A stretch of DNA of 64,000 bases from Spirochaetia bacterium (GTDB taxonomy: Bacteria > Spirochaetota > Spirochaetia > DSM-2461): the NCBI GenBank assembly GCA_963668315.1, contig OY764216.1, positions 5,376,001-5,440,000 of the forward strand, given 5' to 3'. Positions 1 through 9,907 of this stretch are shown piece by piece. Below the pieces are notes generated by a model. That model was not told the DNA's origin. It searched no databases and saw nothing but the letters and a program-made list of their open reading frames with translations. Numbering within the stretch: position 1 is the stretch's first letter; the number at the start of each line of letters is the position of its first letter. Made by a program: the position numbers and the translations under genes.

Positions 1-1405
1 TGACTTCCATCTGAAACATGTCGTATACCCTTGAAGATCTCTTAGAGGTCTCAAACTGCCGGATTTCCTCCATGCCGAAGAGTTTATCCATGTTTTTATC
101 ACAATAGCTCTTCAATTCCTTCTCATAGATTTCCAGGAGACGGCCGTATCCATTAATCACGGTTTCCAGATAAAGAAGAACAGCATGATCATAACCTTCA
201 ATCGTCATGAGAATCTCTGCCAGTTCCCTGAGGTCCTCCAGGGCATAGAGATAATTATTCTCAAGGAGAAAACTGCGGGCTATTTTCTCCATTATGATAA
301 TCACAGTTTCATTTGATATGGAAAGCAGTCCCTTCTTTGCCTCTGGAAGCACGATTTCGAAGGGGGGAATGGCCTTTGCAACGGCGATAATCAGTTCGGA
401 AAGAGCCGCAAAAATCTGCTCTGACCAGCTGTGCCTCCCCAGGGTGTCGATGATCTTTTCAAGGGATTTCTGATACGAAGCTCTGTACATCTGCCCGGGC
501 TCAATCACAACTTCGGCAAGACGAAGCTCCACCCCCTTGAATCCCACGGGGCCTAGATCCAGAAAGACAAAACTATCTTCGGGAATGGGAGACCGGGACC
601 GGCCGGCTAAATCCTTCCCGTACCCGAAAACAACCTGATTGGTGGTTAGGATATGGCTTCTGTCATTGGCGATTTTGTTCGCCCGTCCCTGCAGCCTGGC
701 GGCCGTGTTCACAACCGAACCGGAGAGGTCTCCCGTGGCAGTAATGACCAGGGCTGAGTACTTCTTCCCCCCCGCGATTCCGGCGGAGATGGTGAGCTTT
801 GGGAGCTTCAGCCCCTGCCCGTTCCTCTTTTTCACGATTTCGGTATTCTTGGTGATCTTTCTTTCCCCGAAGTAGTCGGCGATCATGATAACCGAGTTAA
901 GCACATCGTAGGCAGATGTTCCCACAAGTATGATTTCGTCCCCCCGGGCCCGGTGTCCTATGACCTGGTTCTGGCGGCAGATCTGACGGATATCGTTTTC
1001 AATGCAGTTATCCAGAAGCTGGAGCATGGAGATATGGTTGCCATGGGTCTGGCAGAATGCCGTATATCCGTGGATATCAATAAAAGCGGTATAGATATCA
1101 GTGATGGTCATACTTCGCTTCAACTCCCCCACTCCGGGATATTTGCCGTGGGGAAGAGTCAGCTGCTTCCAGAGGAGAGGATAGTTCTGGCTGTCCAGAT
1201 CACCGAAAAATCCCCAATGCATCTCCTTGAGAAGCCTGAAGGCGCTTTCGAAGGTATATTGCTTAACCTTACCTTCGGGCACCCGGGACAAATAGGTCTC
1301 CAGCTCACTGATCATGGTGATCTTTCTATTGATAATACACCAGTAGATATGGGTGAATAATTCATAGGGATTGGTTTTTTCAGTATAATCTTTTATATCG
1401 CGCAT
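1..1405 (-). CDS. Class III adenylate/guanylate cyclase-domain protein (3' end runs off the window start)
   Basis: Not in the ORF track. Manual translation from ATG at 1405 gives MRDIKDYTEK...TAFIDIHGYTAFC...RARGDEIIL...ISAGIAGG...DLSGSVVNTAARLQ, with both metal Asp positions and the N-x-A-x-R motif. The same frame reads open at positions 2-25. Confidence 0.75.
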   Translation of the reverse strand, partial: MRDIKDYTEKTNPYELFTHIYWCIINRKITMISELETYLSRVPEGKVKQYTFESAFRLLKEMHWGFFGDLDSQNYPLLWKQLTLPHGKYPGVGELKRSMTITDIYTAFIDIHGYTAFCQTHGNHISMLQLLDNCIENDIRQICRQNQVIGHRARGDEIILVGTSAYDVLNSVIMIADYFGERKITKNTEIVKKRNGQGLKLPKLTISAGIAGGKKYSALVITATGDLSGSVVNTAARLQGRANKIANDRSHILTTNQVVFGYGKDLAGRSRSPIPEDSFVFLDLGPVGFKGVELRLAEVVIEPGQMYRASYQKSLEKIIDTLGRHSWSEQIFAALSELIIAVAKAIPPFEIVLPEAKKGLLSISNETVIIIMEKIARSFLLENNYLYALEDLRELAEILMTIEGYDHAVLLYLETVINGYGRLLEIYEKELKSYCDKNMDKLFGMEEIRQFETSKRSSRVYDMFQMEV

Positions 1406-1589
1406 CTTCGTTTATTATAGGGAGCAATTGATGTAATAGCAATATAATCTCATGGCTTATCATTCTATATTTTTCAGGAAGCACAGGGGGAAAAAAAGTT
1501 CCCCCCCGCTGCCGGGCCATCTCCCGCAGGTACCAGCGTAAACGCACTGTGTTTTTTTACATAAACGGAACTTTTTCATAGGATTCCCT

Positions 1590-1618
1590 TTGACAGAAAA
1601 TATAACTTTTCCTATCAT
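1590..1618 (+). promoter_or_regulatory. sigma70-type promoter for the GH120 gene
   Basis: TTGACA(1590-1595)-N17-TATCAT(1613-1618). Confidence 0.55.
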
Positions 1619-1758
1619 TCATCAGAGTCGTTTGATGCCCTTGCCGGGAAGCTTGTTCCGGCGATGAAAAGGAGTGCGTCAGAACTCATTACCGCTACAT
1701 AAATTAATACTGAAGAATGATGCCATGAGTCTTATCATCCTCATTCCTGGAGGTTCAC

Positions 1759-3741
1759 ATGAAATATTACGTTAATGCAAACGCCGCGAAAGACGGCAGC
1801 GGTTCCAGCGAAAGCCCGTTCAAAAGAATCAGCGAGGCCGCGAAACTGGCTCTTCCCGGCGATGAAGTCCTGGTCGCCCCGGGGATCTACCGGGAATATG
1901 TCGATCCGGTCCACGGCGGTACGGAGGAGGCCCCCGTCACCTATACGAGCACGACGCCTCTCGGGGCCGTGATTACCGGGGCGGAGCAGGTGAAATCATG
2001 GCAGCCTTACAGGGATAACGTCTGGGTCTGCCGGATTGCCAACAGCCTGTTCGGAGATTACAACCCCTACGCCACATTGGTCTACGGGGACTGGTATTTC
2101 GCCGCCCCCAACAAACACACCGGCTGTGTCTATCTGAACGACAGGGCCCTGTACGAAACGGTAACTCTGGAGGAATGCCTCAAAGGCGAGATTTATGAAT
2201 GCAGCTGGGTGCCGGAGGAATCGGTGTACAAGTGGTATACCGAGCAGGATGAAAATGCGGATGAAACGATCATCTACGCCAATTTCCAGGGGCAGAACCC
2301 GAATAAGGAGAACGTGGAGATCAATGTCCGCCGGCGATGTTTCATGCCTTCCGTAACGGGCATCGGTTACCATATCGTCAGGGGATTCAACATCAACAAG
2401 GCGGCCACCAACTGGGCTCCCCCTGCGGCCTTTCAGGACGGCATGATCGGGCCCCACTGGAGCAAGGGGTGGATCATTGAGGATTGCGAGATTTCCAACA
2501 GCCGCTGCGCCGGCATCTCCCTGGGAAAATACCTTGACCCGGAGAACGAGCATTATTTCACCTATAAGCAGGTGAAGAGCCCGACCCAGATGGAAAGGGA
2601 CGCGGTCTGCCGGGGGCAGTATCACGGCTGGATGAAAGAGACCGTCGGAAGCCATACGGTCCGCCGCTGCAACATCCACCACTGCGAGCAGGGGGGAATC
2701 ATCGGACGCATGGGCGCCGTCTTCAGTGTTATCGAGGACAACCATATACACCATATCAACAATATGATGGAACTGGGAGGTGCGGAAATCGCCGGCATCA
2801 AGATCCATGCCGCCATCGACGTGCTCTTCCGGCGCAACCATATCCATCACTGCACCATGGGCATCTGGTGCGACTGGGAAGCGCAGGGGACGCGCATTAC
2901 CCGGAATCTTCTCCATGACAACCAGAGACCGCCTTTCGCCAAAAACCTTCCGGGAAGCATGATGTCCATGGACCTGTTCGTGGAAGTCAGCCACGGCCCG
3001 ACCCTGATCGACAACAATGTCCTTCTCTCCGACGTGAGTCTCCGTTTCGCGACTCAGGGGGTAGCGATGGTCCATAACCTTATCTGCGGGGCGTATACCG
3101 CCGTGGGAGAGGGAACCACCTGGCGGTACACGCCCTACCATATCCCCCACCGTACGGAAGTCATGGGCTTTATGACCTTTCTTCACGGGGATGACCGCTT
3201 CTACAACAATATCTTTGTTCAGAAAGGACCTTCCGAGGATTACGTGACCTATAATGATCAGGATTCCAGTGAAATGCGGGAGAACAGGCTCGTGGGGACC
3301 TGCGTTTTCGACGAATACCCCACCTATGAGGAATGGGCGGGGCAGTTCGATTTTACAAAGCGTCCGAACATGCAGGCCCTGGAGCCGGCCCATTTCGGCC
3401 ATCTGCCCGTATGGAGCGAAGGCAATGCCTACCTGAACGGGGCCAGGGCGTGGAAGAAGGAAACGGATGGTCTTGAAAGTAATGACGGCAAAGTCAAAGT
3501 GGAGCTGGTGGAAAAGGACGGTCAGTATTATCTGGATACCAATGTCTACGATTACCTCAAGGACTTCAAGGGCCGGATGATCCATACCGGAACTCTCGGT
3601 AAGGCTTTCGAACCGGAACAGAAGTTTGAGAATACCGACGGCACGGCGATACGCTTTGACGCGGACTACTTCGGCAGCCATCGCGGCGTGGATGTTATTC
3701 CCGGGCCCTTTGCATCTCCCTCCGGCAGGATCAAGCTGTAA
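1759..3741 (+). CDS. GH120-family beta-xylosidase (DUF1565 N-terminus, right-handed beta-helix)
   Basis: Motifs NWAPPAAFQDGMIGPHWSKGWIIEDC, GIWCDWEAQG and FVEVSHGP; GGAGG RBS; no signal peptide. Confidence 0.85.
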   Translation: MKYYVNANAAKDGSGSSESPFKRISEAAKLALPGDEVLVAPGIYREYVDPVHGGTEEAPVTYTSTTPLGAVITGAEQVKSWQPYRDNVWVCRIANSLFGDYNPYATLVYGDWYFAAPNKHTGCVYLNDRALYETVTLEECLKGEIYECSWVPEESVYKWYTEQDENADETIIYANFQGQNPNKENVEINVRRRCFMPSVTGIGYHIVRGFNINKAATNWAPPAAFQDGMIGPHWSKGWIIEDCEISNSRCAGISLGKYLDPENEHYFTYKQVKSPTQMERDAVCRGQYHGWMKETVGSHTVRRCNIHHCEQGGIIGRMGAVFSVIEDNHIHHINNMMELGGAEIAGIKIHAAIDVLFRRNHIHHCTMGIWCDWEAQGTRITRNLLHDNQRPPFAKNLPGSMMSMDLFVEVSHGPTLIDNNVLLSDVSLRFATQGVAMVHNLICGAYTAVGEGTTWRYTPYHIPHRTEVMGFMTFLHGDDRFYNNIFVQKGPSEDYVTYNDQDSSEMRENRLVGTCVFDEYPTYEEWAGQFDFTKRPNMQALEPAHFGHLPVWSEGNAYLNGARAWKKETDGLESNDGKVKVELVEKDGQYYLDTNVYDYLKDFKGRMIHTGTLGKAFEPEQKFENTDGTAIRFDADYFGSHRGVDVIPGPFASPSGRIKL

Positions 3742-3753
3742 TTCTCGATGAAC

Positions 3754-3779
3754 GCATCGGGGATATTTTTCCCCGGTGC
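3754..3779 (+). terminator. Hairpin after the GH120 gene, possible terminator
   Basis: GCATCGGGGA / TCCCCGGTGC stem with one G-U pair; no clear U-tract. Confidence 0.4.
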
Positions 3780-3825
3780 ATCATGAATTAATGGTTATTG
3801 ACAAATAAACGTGTATATTACTTCC

Positions 3826-4680
3826 ATGAAGCAAAATACCCTGTTATGCCTGGGGATTCTTCTCTTTTTCTCCGGATGCAGTCTCCTCTCTCAGCAGGAG
3901 ACCTATGCTCCCGTCCAGGAAGGATGAATCTCTCTGGAAGGGGGAGCTCACACCTACAAACTCTTTCTTCCCGATGATTTTGATGAAGATGAGAATTTCA
4001 TGAACCTCTATCCCCTTGTGATCGGCTTGCACGGCAGGACTTCCCTGACAAACCATTACTATGTGGTAAACGAGGTGAAAGATGCCTACCCCTGTATCTA
4101 TTTTGCCCCGAATAACAGCAATTTAAGTTTCGGAGGAGACCTCGACGGAGCCGATAATTCCGCATGGATACGCGGGGAACTTCAATCGATTATCGAGAAT
4201 AAAAACTACAAGATAGACAGGAACCGCATCTATATCATCGGCTTTTCCATGGGCGGAATGGGAACGACCCAGATGGCCCAGGATCTCTATACCGAGTACG
4301 GATACCGCACTGCCGCCATTGTTCCCATTGACGGGGGATACTTTCAATACATCAAATCCCCCCAAGTCCTCGACAGTCTTAGCTGCTGGTTCCACCAGAT
4401 GGCCTACAATCAGGAATCGGATTACCAATGCGCCAAAAATTACTATCCGGCTACCCTGGAAACCGAAACCACGGGCCATATTACCTACTCCAACAGCTGG
4501 GATCCCGAAACGGTGTACTCCTATGACACCACGACTTACACCCTGACTCAGGCTAAAACCGAAATCTTCAAACTAACCGATTACCACACGTCCAGCCACA
4601 CCGCCGGACCGGTATTTAAAAATCCGGAAGTAATAGAGTGGCTCTTTGACCAGAGTCTTGAGAAAAGGGACATCTACTGA
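3826..4680 (+). pseudogene. Lipoprotein alpha/beta hydrolase (esterase/peptidase-like) interrupted by an in-frame TGA at 3925-3927
   Basis: MKQNTLLCLGILLFFSG-C lipobox, then QEG*ISLEGG, in frame with ORF 4000..4680 (PLVIGLHG, GFSMGG nucleophile elbow). Confidence 0.75.
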
Positions 4681-4695
4681 AATGACTCGGGCCTC

Positions 4696-5331
4696 TTATA
4701 GTTTGTATATAAAATAAATGCTCACGGGAAACCAGTTCCTGCCACTTCTGTCGCTGGTCGTTGTTGTATAAAAATCCAGATTAGAGACGGTTTCTTTGAT
4801 TCCCTCCGCTTCCTGATACCGGATATCGTATAGGAATCCCGCGGCCACCGCAGAAAGACGGAACAGAAAATCCTCTTTGAGACTCACATCGAGAAAAAGA
4901 GGAATTTCCAGGGCAATAAGGCCCTCAAAATAGTGGTCATAATCCAGAGCGGGAGTCCTCTGAGGTTTTAGATAGCCCTCGAAACGCACTCTGCCTCCTA
5001 TTCCGGAGGCGATGATATCCTTTCTTACTATGGGGAGATTCACTCCGCCGCCCCATCCGAAAAAGGTCTGCTTGATTTCGCTGACACCGTTGGATGTGCT
5101 GGAGAAACCAATGAACAGATCCCCTTCATATTCCCGGGAGTCATCGGGGAAATAGTGAAAACTTCCCCCGAACTTCATGGCATTGTCCCTTATCTCAGTC
5201 TTTGACGTTCCGTCATCGCTGATATCCGATTCACAGTAGATCTGAATATTCAGTCCGATACCCTTATCCTGCGAGAAGATTTCCAGAGAGCATAAAATCA
5301 GCACCATCAAAAAGAGCTTTTTCATAAACAT
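4696..5331 (-). CDS. Exported protein, probable outer-membrane beta-barrel
   Basis: Signal peptide; alternating aromatic/Gly-rich strands; aromatic C-terminal strand (VSIYFIYKL). Confidence 0.5.
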   Translation of the reverse strand: MFMKKLFLMVLILCSLEIFSQDKGIGLNIQIYCESDISDDGTSKTEIRDNAMKFGGSFHYFPDDSREYEGDLFIGFSSTSNGVSEIKQTFFGWGGGVNLPIVRKDIIASGIGGRVRFEGYLKPQRTPALDYDHYFEGLIALEIPLFLDVSLKEDFLFRLSAVAAGFLYDIRYQEAEGIKETVSNLDFYTTTTSDRSGRNWFPVSIYFIYKL

Positions 5332-5466
5332 ATGTTATTTTATTTTTTCACCACCCGTCAAGTATATGCCTCCGGAGCTCTTCCTGCGGGGGAGCCCATA
5401 GCGTACGATCAAATTCGCGCATGAGGCGCCGATGTATTATAATAGTAATAGGTATGGGGCTGTAAA

Positions 5467-5721
5467 ATGAAGATTTATGCCGAGGTCACATACTTGGAAG
5501 ACTCCTCTGTCGTATTCAAACCGGTCTTTATAGAAGACGATGAAGAGTGGAAGACCTATGCCCGGTTCGACAGATTTCTCAATCAGATCAAAGACCACTG
5601 CGAATTGCTGGATGTATTCGGCCCGGAAAAAGTGACTCTTCAGAACGAAATGATTCTTCTGGAAAGGGCGGAAGCTCTCAGCCGGGCCTTTGAAGGTAAG
5701 GACACGTTGCTATTCAGATGA
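5467..5721 (+). CDS. Small hypothetical protein
   Basis: 84 aa ORF, TATAAT upstream, protein-like composition. Confidence 0.55.
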   Translation: MKIYAEVTYLEDSSVVFKPVFIEDDEEWKTYARFDRFLNQIKDHCELLDVFGPEKVTLQNEMILLERAEALSRAFEGKDTLLFR

Positions 5722-6438
5722 TGATCCGGGAAGGATCTGAAGGACTTCCTGTTTTAGCCGTTCATAAAGAGAAGAATCGACTTTTTCCCCCAGATCGTCA
5801 GGGGGAGTAAGAATGCAGGTCCACTTTCCCGTGCCCATTTCCACATATCCCAGAGCCGCATGTTCCAGATAGAAGGGAGAAGTATCGCCCCGGACGCCGT
5901 AAAGAGGATCGCCGCACAGGGGTAATCCCAGATTCCGGAACATGATGCGTATCTGATGGTAGCGGCCGGTAAGCAGTTTGATGAGCACATGTCTTTCATC
6001 GGCGCAGCCGGGGATTTCTCCGATAGCCAGTACTTCCAGAAAGGAAGGAGCCCCGCCGCTTCTGACAACAGTTGCCTTCTGGCCTTTTCTTTTCAGATAG
6101 GCCTTATGGGTTCCGAGCAGCCCGTCTGCCGAGAGACGGCCGTCCCATTTCACCCGGGCGATGTAGTATTTCTTCCAGCGCCGTTCGGCTATCTCATTGT
6201 TATAGTAGGCTACGGCTTCCTTTGAGCGGGCGGTCAGAACAATCCCGCAGGTAACCCCGTCCAGCCGGTGGGGAAGATAGATGGGGGTGTCGAAAGTATC
6301 CGCCAAAAGAGAGAGGAGAGAATCCCTGTTATTGTCCACCCTCTTTTCACAGGCCATACCGGCGGGTTTATAGACGATAAGCTCATTGATGGTCTCTTGT
6401 ACAATCCGCAGATCTTTTCTGGAGGTGCCGTTCTTCAT
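5710..6438 (-). CDS. RluA-family RNA pseudouridine synthase
   Basis: VYKPAG, HRLDGVTCG (catalytic Asp), LLTGRYHQIR, GDPLYG. Confidence 0.9.
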   Translation of the reverse strand: MKNGTSRKDLRIVQETINELIVYKPAGMACEKRVDNNRDSLLSLLADTFDTPIYLPHRLDGVTCGIVLTARSKEAVAYYNNEIAERRWKKYYIARVKWDGRLSADGLLGTHKAYLKRKGQKATVVRSGGAPSFLEVLAIGEIPGCADERHVLIKLLTGRYHQIRIMFRNLGLPLCGDPLYGVRGDTSPFYLEHAALGYVEMGTGKWTCILTPPDDLGEKVDSSLYERLKQEVLQILPGSSSE

Positions 6439-6582
6439 CGTCCTGAATGATAATAAAAGACAGGAAAAGTTATAATCCCCCGGATGTCAGAAAATGAGAG
6501 TCCACTCTCCAGGAATGATTCCGCTTTTCCTGTCCTTTCAAAGCGCCGCCCCGATCGGAGGTATCGGATTATGCCATAAAGA

Positions 6583-7155
6583 TCAAAAATCAGAGAGGAC
6601 CTGGTTAAAAACCGTAGTATAGTCGGTACCGTCTATAACTGCTGAAGTAAAAATGGGTGTTCCGCTATCGGGCATGGTCATGACGGTACTGACAGTAACG
6701 GAGGAACTGAGCACACTTCCGGATATGGTAAAATTCGACGTATAGGTAGTGGAGCCCGCACCCGAGACCGAAGTGATGTTCCCATTTATGAACATGTACT
6801 CCGCCGTATTCCCGGGATTCGTCACTTTATAATTGTCAAATGTAATGGTGGCTCCGCTGTCTGAAGTCGAAAAACTGCCGTCCAGAATCACATCAGCATT
6901 ACCGTCTGAATCAAGATCGATGGACGTATTGGTAAAGGTAAAAGTCACCAGACTGCCGGAAACGACAATGTCCAAACCGGCAGTGTCCGCCTCTACGGCC
7001 GCTTCTCCATCACTTTCATAGGAGGAATAGCCTTCCGTGGAAGTCATACCGGCGAAAATTGTCCCATAGGCTCCGTTTTCAACTTCTTCTGCTGTCAACG
7101 AATCGGCTTCATCATCATCGGATGATCCCAGCAGGTCACAGCCTGAAATATCAAA
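6583..7155 (-). pseudogene. Ser/Thr-rich lipoprotein lacking its signal peptide (5'-truncated)
   Basis: The frame is open upstream of the annotated TTG and reads *FDISG-C-DLLGSSDDDEADSLTAEE. A lipobox-like Cys is present, but a TAA lies six codons before it and there is no start codon or hydrophobic region. Confidence 0.5.
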
Positions 7156-7258
7156 TTAATTGCCCCTTTACCATTCTGTAATGGGAGCGTATTGAGAAGA
7201 GAATGGAATTCATAGTATATTAGTCATGTTTAAATCAAAAACGATATGAGGAAAAGAA

Positions 7259-7663
7259 ATGAACCATCCCAAAGTATCCTTCACTCTGACTGAGGGGCTC
7301 GATCATATATCGCTTTATGAATCCTTCCATGAATCCCCGGATGACTCGACGGGGACCATACTGATTCATCACGGAAAGGCGAAATACCCCGGAAAAAAGG
7401 TTGCCGCCTACTCGAAGATAAACCTCTTTCAGGTTCAGCCCGATGCGGAAGAGATACTAGCGGCAAAGGCTGTGGAGATCGCGGAGAAATTCGGGCTGAA
7501 CAGACTGGTCGGCGTCCATAATCTAGGCGTGATCCGGAAAAATGATTCCATTCTCTTCCTTGCAGTAGAGGGGAAAGACCGGGTCAGCGCCTTCAGCGGC
7601 ATGAGAGAATTTCTTGAGGCGATAAAGGATGAATCCCTTCTCGGCCTGACGGAACTGGAATAA
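7259..7663 (+). CDS. moaE: Divergent molybdopterin synthase large subunit-like protein
   Basis: MoaE-like layout (GTILIHHG, HNLGVI..ND.ILFLAV...DR..AF) next to moeA and moaA; the C-terminal WKKE motif is missing. Confidence 0.65.
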   Translation: MNHPKVSFTLTEGLDHISLYESFHESPDDSTGTILIHHGKAKYPGKKVAAYSKINLFQVQPDAEEILAAKAVEIAEKFGLNRLVGVHNLGVIRKNDSILFLAVEGKDRVSAFSGMREFLEAIKDESLLGLTELE

Positions 7664-7673
7664 TCTTCCTCTC

Positions 7674-8930
7674 CTAAAACTGAAAGACCCGGACTTTCGC
7701 TCCCTCCGGGATCCCGTCCGTTTCCCGGCTGACAAGGATGTAGCCGTCGGCCCGGCTCAGCATGGTAATCATGCTTGATCCGCCGCTTACGGGAACCGCG
7801 TCGTATACCGGTTCGTGGTCAATCGAATATCCCGTGTCCCCGCCGTTTTTCCTGAGGATAACCGGCATGTATGTATCCCTTCCGGGAGCGGGGTGAACGT
7901 TTCTGGAAAGCACGGCGTCTATCCAGGGGACGGGAGGAACGGGAGCACCGTTAAAACGGTACAGCAGGGCTTTTCCGAGAATTCTGAAGATCGTCAGGGA
8001 TGAGATGGGATGGCCGGGAAGGCCGATCAGGGGAAAACCGTCAGCTTCGGCCAGGACGGTCGGTTTCCCCGGCTTGAAGGCGATTCCATGGACGAAACAT
8101 CCCGGTGTTCCCATTTTATTGAAGACTTCGGGGGTGAAATCCTTTTTCCCTACCGAACTACCCCCGCTCAGGAAGAGGACGTCCGAATCGGTCATGGCCT
8201 TCCTTACCGCGTCTTCCAGGGCCGATCTGTCATCGGTGATAACCGCCGTGCGGACAACTTCATACCCCAGCCTTTCCGCCTCGATTTTTATGGTATAGGT
8301 ATTTATATCCCGGATTTTTCCCGGCCTGAGTTCTTCCTCCGGTCCGAGAATCTCATCGCCGGTAGAAAGAAGGGTCATGGCCGGTTTTCTGTATACTTCC
8401 ACTTCCTCTATGCCCGAAGCCGCCAGGACACCGATATCGGGGGCATCAAGCCTTCGCCCTATCTCAAAAAGAGGCGCGTTCCGGGGAATATCCCCTCCTG
8501 CGGGGACAACGTTCATTCCGGGAACAGCGGGTTTCATCAGGGCGATTTCATTCCCCCGGACTTCGGAGTACTCCACCATGACGACGGCGTCAGCGCCTTC
8601 GGGAAGCATTCCCCCCGTCGGAATATACGCGGCCTCTCCGGGCCTGAGAGAGAAGGAGGGAGCGTCTCCCATAATGACTTCCCCGGCCGATGTAAATAGA
8701 GACGGAGAGATTTCCGAGGCGTTCTCCGTCTCGGCGGCGCGGATAGCGTAGCCGTCCATGATGGAACGGGCGAAATGGGGCACCGGATCCCGGGAGACTA
8801 GGGGCCCGGCAAGAAATCGTCCGTAGGCCTCGGATGGGGAGAGTTTCTCCGTTCCCGGTCTGAGATGGGAATATCTGCGGTTCAGCTCTTCCAGAGCGTT
8901 CTCCATGGTAATCAGTTTCAATAAGGCCAT
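7674..8930 (-). CDS. moeA: Molybdopterin molybdenumtransferase
   Basis: RSIMDGYA, IPTGGMLPEGADAVVMVE, STGDE, SGGSSVG, KPGKP, GLPGHP. Confidence 0.95.
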   Translation of the reverse strand: MALLKLITMENALEELNRRYSHLRPGTEKLSPSEAYGRFLAGPLVSRDPVPHFARSIMDGYAIRAAETENASEISPSLFTSAGEVIMGDAPSFSLRPGEAAYIPTGGMLPEGADAVVMVEYSEVRGNEIALMKPAVPGMNVVPAGGDIPRNAPLFEIGRRLDAPDIGVLAASGIEEVEVYRKPAMTLLSTGDEILGPEEELRPGKIRDINTYTIKIEAERLGYEVVRTAVITDDRSALEDAVRKAMTDSDVLFLSGGSSVGKKDFTPEVFNKMGTPGCFVHGIAFKPGKPTVLAEADGFPLIGLPGHPISSLTIFRILGKALLYRFNGAPVPPVPWIDAVLSRNVHPAPGRDTYMPVILRKNGGDTGYSIDHEPVYDAVPVSGGSSMITMLSRADGYILVSRETDGIPEGAKVRVFQF

Positions 8931-9102
8931 AATGCTTCGGTCCTCCCATGCCCAGAACCATACACGACATTCCCCGTTATGTCTGCCGTCACCGGGTATC
9001 CGGCGGAATATTATCTCCCCTTCGGGAAACTCTTCTCCCCGACAGGGGACGTATTGACATTCTGCCTGAAATTCCCGAATCTTGAAGAGGAGAAACTGAT
9101 CA

Positions 9103-9906
9103 ATGCTGGATTCCTACAACAGAGAAATTTCCTACCTGAGAATATCGGTGACAGACCGGTGCAATCTGCGCTGCCTTTACTGTATGCCGCCGGAGGGAAT
9201 CAGGAAAAAGGACCACTCCGACTGTCTCAGTTATGAGCAGATCGCGTCCATAGCCTCGGTAGCCGCTGAACTGGGAATCGAAAAAATCCGCCTTACCGGA
9301 GGGGAGCCCCTGGTCCGTTCGGGTATTGAGGAGCTGGTGAAGATGCTCAGGGGTATTTCCGGAATCGCCACCATAGCCATGACCACTAACGGCCAGCTTC
9401 TGGACAGCCACGCCGTCTCCCTCAAAGAAGCCGGACTGGACAGCCTGAATATTTCTCTGGACACACTGGATAAAGAGCGTTATGCCTGCCTGACAAGGGG
9501 AGGTGAAATTTCCAGAGTCCTCACCGGAATAGACGCGGCCCTTGCCTGCGGTTTTCCCGTAAAGATCAATATGGTGGTAAGCGGCGGGACGACGGCCGGA
9601 GAGATAAGCGATATGGAAGACTTCTGCCGGAGCAAGGGGATGAAACTGCAGAAGATTAAAGAGTACTCCCTGAAGAAGGATAAGCAGGAGAATGATGATT
9701 TTGTGTATCAGCGCCCTCCCCCCTGCAGCCGGTGCAACCGCATCAGACTCCTTTCGGACGGAAGGCTCAAGCCCTGCCTCCATTCGGACAGGGAGATTAA
9801 AATCGACATGGACGACATCAGAGGCTCTCTCAGAGAGGCAATAGAGAATAAACCCCGCTGCGGCAGCGTATGCAACACAAGGGATATGGCGGAGATCGGA
9901 GGCTGA
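9103..9906 (+). CDS. moaA: GTP 3',8-cyclase (radical SAM), short form
   Basis: YLRISVTDRCNLRCLYCMP, RLTGGEP, CSRCNRIRL...PCL, C-terminal IGG. Confidence 0.93.
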   Translation: MLDSYNREISYLRISVTDRCNLRCLYCMPPEGIRKKDHSDCLSYEQIASIASVAAELGIEKIRLTGGEPLVRSGIEELVKMLRGISGIATIAMTTNGQLLDSHAVSLKEAGLDSLNISLDTLDKERYACLTRGGEISRVLTGIDAALACGFPVKINMVVSGGTTAGEISDMEDFCRSKGMKLQKIKEYSLKKDKQENDDFVYQRPPPCSRCNRIRLLSDGRLKPCLHSDREIKIDMDDIRGSLREAIENKPRCGSVCNTRDMAEIGG

Positions 9907-9907
9907 T

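Noticed and set aside
639..1360. Plus-strand ORFs 639..875 and 953..1360
   Set aside because: They lie antisense to the cyclase-domain gene, which has clear motifs
3925..3950. Selenocysteine or genetic-code reassignment at the in-frame TGA
   Set aside because: The position is not a catalytic Cys site, the small downstream hairpin is too close and weak for a bacterial SECIS, and TGA ends many other genes here (moaA, moaC, mtaC)
8931..9102. Moco/Wco riboswitch between moeA and moaA
   Set aside because: I could not find the conserved motif by eye on either strand; an Rfam scan would settle it
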